Below, in pieces: positions 48,134-56,625 of a stretch of 64,000 bases of DNA. The DNA is from Candidatus Zixiibacteriota bacterium. GTDB lineage: Bacteria > Zixibacteria > MSB-5A5 > GN15 > FEB-12. The stretch spans positions 15 to 64,014 of the forward strand of contig JAQUSF010000002.1 of the NCBI GenBank assembly GCA_028715215.1, read 5' to 3'. A program made the position numbers and the translations under genes. Under the pieces are notes generated by a model. The model did not search any database, was not told where the DNA came from, and saw nothing but the letters and a program-made list of their open reading frames with translations. The first letter of the stretch is position 1. Each line of letters starts with the position of its first letter.

Positions 48134-48628
48134 ATGGAGAAGGAAATCAAAAGAAACGACTGGGCTAAATTTTGTAAGAAATTTAGCAGCACCAATCAGT
48201 ACCGTGAGGTAAAAATCAGGGTTCACGACAACCGTAAAAGAGAAATCAACCTGATTGAAACATTACCCTTCATGGGTATCACCCTGGCTAAAAAAGGGCG
48301 TCTTATCGACGGCCTGGAAATTTTCTCGGGGCGAGGAGATGCCGAGAAAATATTAGCGCCGGTAGCGTCATTCAAAGACCCGTTGAAGGTGTTTTTAAAA
48401 GCCGATGAAAACGGTTATGACAACCGGCTCAGGATTATAGGCAAAGATGGTTCGGAGATTGAAGTCGAACTTTATGGAGAGCCCGACCGCAATCGTCACT
48501 ACTGGCTGGTGGAAAAGGTCGCCTACTCGATGTTCGAGAGACGCGGCTACACCCAGGGTAATGACCAGGGTGACTGGCTGGAAGCTGAACGGAAAGTAAA
48601 AGAAGCGGAACTTCAATTTATCTCATGA
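48134..48628 (+). CDS. Hypothetical protein with a DUF2934-like C-terminal helix
   Basis: AGGAG (48121-48125) lies 8 nt upstream of ATG 48134. The C-terminal VAYSMFERRGYTQGNDQGDWLEAERKV fits the DUF2934 pattern. The N-terminal domain is unassigned. Confidence 0.6.
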   Translation: MEKEIKRNDWAKFCKKFSSTNQYREVKIRVHDNRKREINLIETLPFMGITLAKKGRLIDGLEIFSGRGDAEKILAPVASFKDPLKVFLKADENGYDNRLRIIGKDGSEIEVELYGEPDRNRHYWLVEKVAYSMFERRGYTQGNDQGDWLEAERKVKEAELQFIS

Positions 48629-48680
48629 TAAATTGACAGCCGTTGCCGATATCATCTTATAATATACATTTTTATGTAAT

Positions 48681-48714
48681 AAAAAACCGTCCCGGTGAGG
48701 GGACGGTTTTTTTT
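48681..48714. terminator. Bidirectional rho-independent terminator
   Basis: The stem ACCGTCCC (48686-48693) / GGGACGGT (48700-48707) is flanked by an A6 run and a T8 run. Confidence 0.8.
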
Positions 48715-48727
48715 AGTTTCTTATTTT

Positions 48728-48952
48728 TTACTGGCAGGGAGCCAGGGGGTCATTTGAAATATAAAGGTAATCGATAATGGCCGTAATGTCGGCGATATCC
48801 GGTTCACCGCCACTGCCATCACAGTCGGCTTCGTCCGGACAGCACAAGGGGGCATGACTGGTGTACAGGAAATCAATCAGGCGGGTGATGTCGGAGATAT
48901 CAGGTTCATCATTCGGGGAGCAATCGACATTACCGGTTAGACCCACACAACA
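48728..48952 (-). repeat. Shared CTD coding segment (copy 6, C10)
   Basis: [74 protein letters not shown], then stop. Confidence 0.9.
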
Positions 48953-50869
48953 ACCGGTATAGGTGACAACCCCCGGATAAAGACGAGGTTCGTAGTCGGC
49001 CAGGAAACTGTAGAACCAGGGGACGAAAGTATTGGCGCCATCGGTATAGCCGTCGATTTTTATAGAAGTGGTGTCAACTCCGGGTATGGAAGCGGAAAGG
49101 ATTTTGAATTTCAGGATAACGATCGGGCCGCGTCCGGGTTCAAGATCCGAAGTGGTGCCGATATTCATGTCGAGAGTAAAACACCTGGTGCTCCCGTTAT
49201 AGTGTAAATAATTAATTTCTTCAAAATTTTCCGTCCGGCAACCCGCCACGGAATAGCCCTGATATTTAAGATTTAGCGGGCCGTCGTATTTAACCGGTAA
49301 AATGATACGATTCAAGGGAGTGATGTTTGCGGCGATAATGGGAATATCCATTATGGAATCAAGCGGTCCTTCGACATCGGTACCTACTAATGAATCAGCC
49401 AGGGAAATAATGAAATCGGATTTGATATAAGAACGGATATCACCCTGGGCATTCACTTCCAGTTTGACATCATAGATACCCGGTTCTTCATAAAAGTGGG
49501 CTGGGTTTTGAACATTTCCCGAGTCACCGTCGCCGAACTCCCAGGTCCAGGTATCCACCGCCAACTCCGATTCGCCGATAAAGTTCACTTCAAAGGGCGC
49601 CCAGCCGATGGTGGTGTCAGCGGTAAAATTAACGCCCTTATCGGGAACGATATACCTGATAAGAAATTCCACCATGGGATTACATCCTTCCCAGTTACAG
49701 TGCAGGTTATCAACCGTGAACCAGGCATTGTAACTGCCGCCCCAGCCGTAATTCATATGCACTTGGTTGAGCTCTTCGACCTGTTGCCAGCCGTCGCAGA
49801 CGATGGAATGATTACTGATACGATATTGCATCGGGCGTTCGGTGTCGATTTCCGAGGCGATAGTGTAAAACCACGAGGCGGCGGAATGCATGTTGCGGTC
49901 TTCCCGGTCGATAATATCGAGATAGCGGAAATAGGTGGGGAAAACATACAGCGCATCGGCCGTATATGCTCCGGATCCGCAATAACCGTATTCCATATTA
50001 AAAGCCACGCCGACTTCGTAACATAGCTCCGCCAGGGCATTACGCTGGGCTTCGTTACAGTTGGTGCAGTAATCAGGCATGTTAGCCCAGTCATAAGAAT
50101 CGGAATAATCGGCTTCCAGGGTAGCGCCGCTGGAACTGCCTTCACAGGACATGTCGCCGCTCCAGTAATAACTGTGCTGACCCGTGCCTTCAGGCGGCCA
50201 ATCATGGTAAGCCAGGATCTGGGCGGTTGCTGTCGCCACGCAACCGACCAGTGTCCGACCGCCGTCGCCCCAGGGACAGAAGTTGTTATAGGGCGCATTC
50301 TGGTGCCAGCGGGTGGTTAGAAGAGGTCCCGCGGTGGTGATGGAGCTGGACTTTTTCCCCAGATTACTTTTAAATTCAGTGTGGGTCACGGTCAGGTCGG
50401 ACCATTTTTTTCGCTCAGCGGTGAAACTTGTTTCATTATTCCGGGCTGTCGAATATTCAAGAGTGCCGTAGCGGTCAACAAAATTGCGCACCCGGTTTTG
50501 CAAAACCTCCCTGACCAGCGCCGGGAAACCGTCGGGTTCATCCACGTCGTAAAAACCTTCATCGGAATAGACTTCTACCGGAGGAAGCTCCTTCAAAACC
50601 GGAACAATGATATAACCTTCCGGTGCGACGGCATAGACCCGGCCTAACAGCGTATCGTTAACAATAATATCATCGACCCTGTCAATTTTGGGATTGGTTA
50701 CCGATGACCAGTTCGTCTTTGCGAAGGTAATTTGAGTGAGCCAGTTGTGGCTGACTAAATCCATTTCATCAACAGTAGCTTTTTCCGCCAGAGGAGCGGT
50801 TACAAATAGAAATAAAAGACTTAATAATAGTGAGGGGATAATTACCGGCAGGATAATGTTTTTACTCAT
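48728..50869 (-). CDS. Secreted C10 cysteine peptidase paralog: prodomain, C10 core, PKD domain, cohesin-like domain, dockerin-like CTD
   Basis: It carries LLTTRWHQNAPYNNFCP...LVGCVATATAQI, HSIVCDGW, MNYGWGG and WTWEFGDGDS...GIYDV, followed by the shared CTD. An AGGGAG RBS is present. Confidence 0.85.
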   Translation of the reverse strand: MSKNIILPVIIPSLLLSLLFLFVTAPLAEKATVDEMDLVSHNWLTQITFAKTNWSSVTNPKIDRVDDIIVNDTLLGRVYAVAPEGYIIVPVLKELPPVEVYSDEGFYDVDEPDGFPALVREVLQNRVRNFVDRYGTLEYSTARNNETSFTAERKKWSDLTVTHTEFKSNLGKKSSSITTAGPLLTTRWHQNAPYNNFCPWGDGGRTLVGCVATATAQILAYHDWPPEGTGQHSYYWSGDMSCEGSSSGATLEADYSDSYDWANMPDYCTNCNEAQRNALAELCYEVGVAFNMEYGYCGSGAYTADALYVFPTYFRYLDIIDREDRNMHSAASWFYTIASEIDTERPMQYRISNHSIVCDGWQQVEELNQVHMNYGWGGSYNAWFTVDNLHCNWEGCNPMVEFLIRYIVPDKGVNFTADTTIGWAPFEVNFIGESELAVDTWTWEFGDGDSGNVQNPAHFYEEPGIYDVKLEVNAQGDIRSYIKSDFIISLADSLVGTDVEGPLDSIMDIPIIAANITPLNRIILPVKYDGPLNLKYQGYSVAGCRTENFEEINYLHYNGSTRCFTLDMNIGTTSDLEPGRGPIVILKFKILSASIPGVDTTSIKIDGYTDGANTFVPWFYSFLADYEPRLYPGVVTYTGCCVGLTGNVDCSPNDEPDISDITRLIDFLYTSHAPLCCPDEADCDGSGGEPDIADITAIIDYLYISNDPLAPCQ

Positions 50870-51027
50870 GATAAACGGACTCCCTTTGCAATATATTCCG
50901 TGCTTCTGTTATTATTGACATTACATTAAGATGCAAGTCATGTAAATACCGCAATTATTATATAATAACGGTCACTTTCGATTTATGGTTGGTGAAATAA
51001 ATCAACTTATCAGTTTTTCAGTTTCCT

Positions 51028-51255
51028 TTATAACGGGCACTCGACAACCGGATCATGTGACAGGTAAAGAAAATTTATTAAAGCCGTAATATCCGAGATA
51101 TCAGGGGTACCGCCGCTCCCGTCGCAATCAGCTTCGTCGGGGCAACAGAGCGGTGCATGACTGGTGTACAGAAAATCGATCAGGCGGGTGATGTCGGCAA
51201 TATCAGGTTCCTCTGTCTCAGAACAATCAACATTTCCCGTCATACCTTGACAACA
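51028..51255 (-). repeat. Shared CTD coding segment (copy 7, C10)
   Basis: [75 protein letters not shown], then stop. Confidence 0.9.
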
Positions 51256-53280
51256 GCCGGTGCTGGTTATCAAGCCGGAAATAAGGACTGGTTCATACTG
51301 ATTTTCATAACCATAAAATTGAGTCAAAAAAGTGGTGGTCGTAGTGTAGCCGTCAAAAATAATATCAGTTGCACTGTTTTTAGCGGCGGCGGAATCGATT
51401 TCAAAACTTAGTTTAATAACAGGGCCGCTGCCGGGGGATAAAACCGTACTGGAGCCGGCTTCCATATTGATTGTCAGGCGCTTGTTGCCGGTGTCGTAAC
51501 TTAAATATGAAATATCGTTAAAACCTTCCGTACGGCAACCTTCGCTCGAAAAGCCCTTATATTTAAGAGAAACCGGACCGGAATATTCAACCGGCATCTG
51601 AAGCCGCTGGAGGGGAATATTGTTGATGGCGTTAACTGTAAACTCGACAATGCTCCCGGAAGTACTTTCTACATGATTACCCCTTAAAGTATCAGCCAGA
51701 ACGATAATAAAATCCGATTGGGCAAAGAAACGATTTTCACCACCGGTTACAATATCAAGCCTGACGTCAAAAACACCGGGCGTAAGGTAGATATGGATCG
51801 GCGATTGTTCCGAAGAATATTCGCCGTCACCGAAATCCCAGTTCCAGGATTCCACCTCGAGTTCCGAGAGACCTTCGAAATTGACTTCAAAAGGCACCCA
51901 ACCGAAGGTCGTGTCGGCCGTAAACTGAACGCCCTGGTCAGGGATAATATCGCGGAATAAAAATTCCGACAGATAACTGCAACCGTCCCAGTTGCAATAA
52001 GTGTTATCCAGGGTGAACCAGGCATTGTAACTGCCGCCCCAGCCGTAATTCATATGATATTGATTGATATCGCCGATAGTCTGCCAGCCGTCGCAGACAA
52101 TGGCATGACGGGAGATAAAATACTCCATGACATATCCGGAATTAATCTGACTTTTAATCAGGTTGAACCAGGACATGGCGGTATGGTTGTCGCGGTCTTC
52201 CCGGTCGATGGTGTTCATATAGCGAAAATGCTCATGAAAAGCCTGCATGACAAAATTAATCTGGGATAAGTAAATAGCGGAGCCGCAACGGCCATAATCC
52301 ATATGAAAAGCAACCCCGACTTCATAATTTAACTCCGCCAGGGCATTCTGTTGTTCGATAGTGCAGCCGCTGCAGTAGTCGATCATGTTGGGCCAGTCAT
52401 AAGGGTCGCTGAAATCAGCCGTGAGGCGCTGGCCGTCGGATGAACCGCCGCAGGAAAAATCACCCGTCCAGGTATAACTTTCGCTGCCTTCGCCTGAAGG
52501 TGGCCACTGGTAGTAGGCAAAAATCTGAGCTGCCGCCGTGGCGACACAGCCAACCACCGTTCGCCCGCCATCGCCCATGGGACAGTAGTTATTGTAAGGT
52601 GCGTTTTGGTGCCAGCGAGTTGTCAGTAACGGTCCAACGGTTTCATCGGTTGCCGTTACAGACTTATTCAGTTGTCGCGAAAAGACCGCTTCCGGCACTG
52701 CATAATTATCCCATTGTTCACGGTGCCTCTTATCGAGGAAAAGGTCTCCCTCTTCAGGTTGCAGAGCTTCCAGGCTGCCATAGCGATTTACAAAAACTCT
52801 TGTCCGGTCGAGGAGCACCTCTTTTATCATTTGCGGATAGCCGGGGTCATCCAGGTTGAAATAACCTTCATCAGTATAGACTTTTACGGGTGGCAGGTCT
52901 TTCAGAACCGGGACAATTATAAAACCATCGGGATCGATATTGTAGCAGAGTGCCAGGAGCGTATCATTCTCTTTTATTTCCACAATATCAGCGACTTTAG
53001 GATTAAATTGCCCGGCCCATTCTCCTTTATTATGGACAATTTTTGTCAGCCAGTTATTGCATACAAGATTCATTTCATCCACTGCAGCGGTTTCGGCATG
53101 TATCCTGGGGATAAATAAAAATATTACCAGGCAGAGGTAAATTGTGATTATGGGAAGCCTGACAGTATAAAAAAGCTGTCTGGTCTTATTTGGAGAAGCA
53201 AGGCTCTTAATGGTCCGGTGATACATGGGGAACCCTTTCATTGGTGTCTTATTTTTTATATTATTGACGTAATTTTTCAC
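51028..53280 (-). CDS. Secreted C10 cysteine peptidase paralog: prodomain, C10 core, PKD domain, cohesin-like domain, dockerin-like CTD
   Basis: It carries LLTTRWHQNAPYNNYCP...VVGCVATAAAQI, HAIVCDGW and MNYGWGG, with a PKD-like stretch and the shared CTD. The start is uncertain, with candidate Met codons at 53280, 53241 and 53226. Confidence 0.8.
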   Translation of the reverse strand: MKNYVNNIKNKTPMKGFPMYHRTIKSLASPNKTRQLFYTVRLPIITIYLCLVIFLFIPRIHAETAAVDEMNLVCNNWLTKIVHNKGEWAGQFNPKVADIVEIKENDTLLALCYNIDPDGFIIVPVLKDLPPVKVYTDEGYFNLDDPGYPQMIKEVLLDRTRVFVNRYGSLEALQPEEGDLFLDKRHREQWDNYAVPEAVFSRQLNKSVTATDETVGPLLTTRWHQNAPYNNYCPMGDGGRTVVGCVATAAAQIFAYYQWPPSGEGSESYTWTGDFSCGGSSDGQRLTADFSDPYDWPNMIDYCSGCTIEQQNALAELNYEVGVAFHMDYGRCGSAIYLSQINFVMQAFHEHFRYMNTIDREDRDNHTAMSWFNLIKSQINSGYVMEYFISRHAIVCDGWQTIGDINQYHMNYGWGGSYNAWFTLDNTYCNWDGCSYLSEFLFRDIIPDQGVQFTADTTFGWVPFEVNFEGLSELEVESWNWDFGDGEYSSEQSPIHIYLTPGVFDVRLDIVTGGENRFFAQSDFIIVLADTLRGNHVESTSGSIVEFTVNAINNIPLQRLQMPVEYSGPVSLKYKGFSSEGCRTEGFNDISYLSYDTGNKRLTINMEAGSSTVLSPGSGPVIKLSFEIDSAAAKNSATDIIFDGYTTTTTFLTQFYGYENQYEPVLISGLITSTGCCQGMTGNVDCSETEEPDIADITRLIDFLYTSHAPLCCPDEADCDGSGGTPDISDITALINFLYLSHDPVVECPL

Positions 53281-53503
53281 TCAATATATGGCATCTTTCA
53301 AACTATGGGTAATTTGCAGTAAACCCAACCTGTTGCCAGGGCAGTACATAGATGATTCGGAAACTGCTTTTTGGCGCAGAAATTGTTGTTACCTGATAAA
53401 ATATCGTCCATTCTTCACTACATAAATATAATCTTTTTTTTATGATTGCCAAGCGTTTTTTTATATTATCTGATTGTCGTAACTTGTGTTAGGTATCCTT
53501 ATC

Positions 53504-53540
53504 AAAAAAAACACCCCTTTTATCCAAAGGGGTGCTTTAT
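53504..53540 (-). terminator. Rho-independent terminator of the C25 peptidase gene
   Basis: The 9-bp stem CACCCCTTT (53512-53520) / AAAGGGGTG (53526-53534) is followed on the minus strand by a T8 run. Confidence 0.8.
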
Positions 53541-53567
53541 CAACGCAGATAAATAATTGTCGTTTAC

Positions 53568-53792
53568 TTATGGACATGAAGGCAAGGGATTTTGATCAAT
53601 ATACAGATGGTCAATCAACCTGGTTATATCAGAAATATCCGGAGTACCCCCGTTGCCGTCACAATCTGCTTCCAGGGGACAACAAAGGGGTATCTGTGAA
53701 ATGTAGAGAAAGTCAATGAGCCTTGTAATATCGACTATGTCAGGTTCTTCGCTTTCGGAACAATCGACATTGCCCCGATAATCAATACAACA
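53568..53792 (-). repeat. Shared CTD coding segment (copy 8, C25)
   Basis: [74 protein letters not shown], then stop. Confidence 0.9.
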
Positions 53793-56291
53793 GCAGGCAT
53801 CCCCAATCAGGTCATTATTGGCATCTTCCTGGCCGGGATTGTAATCCTCCGGACAATTGTCGCATATGTCACCATAACCGTCTCCATCCAAATCTTCCTG
53901 CAGCGGATTTGCCAGTTCCGGGCAGTTGTCGCAGGCATCACCTACGCCATCACTGTCCTGGTCTTCCTGGCCGGAATTTGGCACGGCTGGACAATTATCG
54001 CAGGCGTCGCCCTGAAGGTCACCATCCTGATTAAGCTGGTCGGTATTGCTGACCGCCGGACAGTTATCGCAAATGTCTCCGACACCGTCATCATCACTAT
54101 CCGCCTGGTCGGGGTTGGTTATAGTCGGGCAGTTGTCGCAGGCATCGCCGAACTCGTCTTCGTCACTATTGGTTTGGGTTGGATTGAATATCAAAGGACA
54201 GTTGTCTTCAGTATCAATAATCCCGTCATTGTCACTGTCCGGCGCTTCGGTAACCGTAACCGTCGCCTGGTGCGGAACGAAATTCTGACGGGTAACGGTA
54301 ACAAACATATCACCGCCCGTTGCCAGGGACAGACTAAAAGTGGCGTTACCATCGGTTCCGGTGTTTTGAGTAGCATAAATTTCATCGCCTTTCCATAGAC
54401 AAACGAAAGCGTTGGAAAGATCGTTGCCACTATTATTTTCGACATGGACGGTGAAAGTCGGCTGCGATACCGGTATTTCAGCGGGGTGGCTGACGCTAAA
54501 TAGGGCCGGAATATCTGTCCAGATAGGCATTTCGGGTTCACCCAGAAGATTGAGGGTCCATTGCACGTAGTGCCAGCTGGAAGTGGAAGGGTTGTTGTTT
54601 TTAGTCCAGGCCAGAGCCTGTCCGAGGCGATACTGGTTCTGTTGAAAAAGCCCGCGCCACCAGTAGATGTCCAGCTGGCTGGACAGGGAGTTGGGGTCGC
54701 CGATATAAAACCAGCCGCTGCGGGTATTGCCGGTAAAAGCTACCGCGCCCTGAAGATGATTATAGATAACAAAACGCTCGGCGATACAGTCGTTGTAATC
54801 CATTTCATTGGGGTGACAGCCGATTGAAAAAATAACACTGAGACGATTATTGTTGACGAGATTATCGACGTCGGAATTGGTAAATATGGCTCCGTGATTT
54901 AAATAACCGATACCCATCAGAGTGGTGTTGCTGTGGTCGCAGTGGTTAACAAGATTTTGCCCGGCATTGAGAGAATTGATTAAGTCGGTTTTATGGGATG
55001 TGGCGTCGGAATCGTATATTTTCGTAACGTTGAAACGGGCGGGGATGTAATTATGATCAATATTCTCCTTCATAACTTCACCAGCGGTCAGGGTGTAATA
55101 AGGAGGTTCCGAAGCCAGTGTCAGGTCCATCCCGACCAGATTGGCATCAAGAGCGAAATTATCCAGAGGCGGGTTGGTTTCATAAAGGAGGAGTTTACTG
55201 ATAAAGATGCTGATCTGGGTGGCTCCTTCAGCCGTAACCCGACCGACGAAAACCTCATAATCCCAGTCGTCATCGTAATCGCCGTAATAAGCATCGCTGG
55301 GGATGGATTCGCTATCATAGGTACGGTACACAAAAGGTACGGTGGAGTGTTCGCCGCCTATAAGAAAATATATCGTTCCCCAGGTATTGTGGGCATCGAT
55401 GACAAAATTCCTGATTTTTTCCTGGTTGGTGCTGCCGCTATAGGCGGCGTAGATATCGGTGGTGGTAACCACCGTGTCCCGGACTCCCTTGCGGGTATGC
55501 CAGGTAACAAGAGGTTGATAGTTGGTGACATAGGCTGATGAAGTAATAATAACATGGGGATATTGACCCGGCGGAAGCAGGGCGGCGGCTTTCTCAATCG
55601 AAGTATTCATTTCCAAAGTGACTTTTTCAGGGTTAACCACCATCGCCCGGACGATATTCTCATATTGCACTTTTATTTCCGGCTGGATATTAGGCGACAG
55701 GTAATCACCGCAGATATAACCTGCCTCGCCCTCGATTATAAAACTTATCGTTTCATGAAATATTAGTCTGTTTTCGGCGGGGATATATTGTAAAGGATAA
55801 AGCATCACTTTGGCCATACTCTGACCGGCCAGGTCGCTCTGTCCAACCAGTTCGACAATCTTTTCGGGATAGGGAGCCAGGGATGAATAGACCGACGCGT
55901 CGGCTTCGGTAAAGGCGAGTTCATCCGGTGAATATCCAATTTTAACCGGTTTTTGCGATGGCAGGATATGGTATCGGCCATCAAGATTTATCGTTGAAAC
56001 CTGGCTTATTTTTACGCCGGTAGCTTTCATACCCTGCGGGAGAGCGATTTTTATCTCCCGGGCTGGAAGCCAGGGTTTACCGGTAACAGCCAGGTATTGG
56101 CTGCCCTTTATTCGTACTACATCGTAGTCCAGAACCCGGTCAAAAGTAAAATCGCCGGTTGAAAAAGAAACATTACAGGTTTCTTCGAATTTAGCACCGA
56201 TATTCTGAGAACCGGCTGAACTGCTTAAAAAAAACATTAACAAGAAGATGATAAATAGCGATGCTGTTGAGTTTTTTCTGGAGATAGTCAT
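53568..56291 (-). CDS. Secreted C25 (gingipain-like) cysteine peptidase with seven TSP type-3 repeats and the dockerin-like CTD
   Basis: It has a signal peptide. The C25-like core includes HVIITSS...[32 protein letters not shown] (His) and FSIGCHPNE (Cys). The TSP3 array lies at 53793..54239 and the shared CTD follows. Confidence 0.75.
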   Translation of the reverse strand: MTISRKNSTASLFIIFLLMFFLSSSAGSQNIGAKFEETCNVSFSTGDFTFDRVLDYDVVRIKGSQYLAVTGKPWLPAREIKIALPQGMKATGVKISQVSTINLDGRYHILPSQKPVKIGYSPDELAFTEADASVYSSLAPYPEKIVELVGQSDLAGQSMAKVMLYPLQYIPAENRLIFHETISFIIEGEAGYICGDYLSPNIQPEIKVQYENIVRAMVVNPEKVTLEMNTSIEKAAALLPPGQYPHVIITSSAYVTNYQPLVTWHTRKGVRDTVVTTTDIYAAYSGSTNQEKIRNFVIDAHNTWGTIYFLIGGEHSTVPFVYRTYDSESIPSDAYYGDYDDDWDYEVFVGRVTAEGATQISIFISKLLLYETNPPLDNFALDANLVGMDLTLASEPPYYTLTAGEVMKENIDHNYIPARFNVTKIYDSDATSHKTDLINSLNAGQNLVNHCDHSNTTLMGIGYLNHGAIFTNSDVDNLVNNNRLSVIFSIGCHPNEMDYNDCIAERFVIYNHLQGAVAFTGNTRSGWFYIGDPNSLSSQLDIYWWRGLFQQNQYRLGQALAWTKNNNPSTSSWHYVQWTLNLLGEPEMPIWTDIPALFSVSHPAEIPVSQPTFTVHVENNSGNDLSNAFVCLWKGDEIYATQNTGTDGNATFSLSLATGGDMFVTVTRQNFVPHQATVTVTEAPDSDNDGIIDTEDNCPLIFNPTQTNSDEDEFGDACDNCPTITNPDQADSDDDGVGDICDNCPAVSNTDQLNQDGDLQGDACDNCPAVPNSGQEDQDSDGVGDACDNCPELANPLQEDLDGDGYGDICDNCPEDYNPGQEDANNDLIGDACCCIDYRGNVDCSESEEPDIVDITRLIDFLYISQIPLCCPLEADCDGNGGTPDISDITRLIDHLYIDQNPLPSCP

Positions 56292-56625
56292 AATTATTCC
56301 TGTGCTTATTATGTAAAATTTATTTTTTTCAGAATATCTATATATATCTTTAACTTAGGAAGATTGATAAGTTTGAATGGCAACATCTGTCGGTACTGTC
56401 TTCCCGTTGTCTTAAAAGGCAAGTAACTTACTGTAACTATTTGAATTATACAAAATTCTAATAATTTGTCAACCAGAATAACGAGCTTATTATATATAAT
56501 GATAAACAACAAGCAGTTATATAAACTTGTGAAGATTTCGATAAATGTATATTATAAGGAAAACCATATAGACTTCCCTGCTCACTTGAGTAAAATGGCT
56601 GAATATCCATAACAGGAAGACGGTA

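Noticed and set aside
53486-53719. A 77-aa plus-strand ORF. Other AT-rich intergenic ORFs lie at 56309..56512, 48041..48226 and 50736..50918.
   Set aside because: They span terminator hairpins or promoter regions and run into the 3' or 5' ends of real genes on the other strand. Their composition and lack of an RBS argue against coding.
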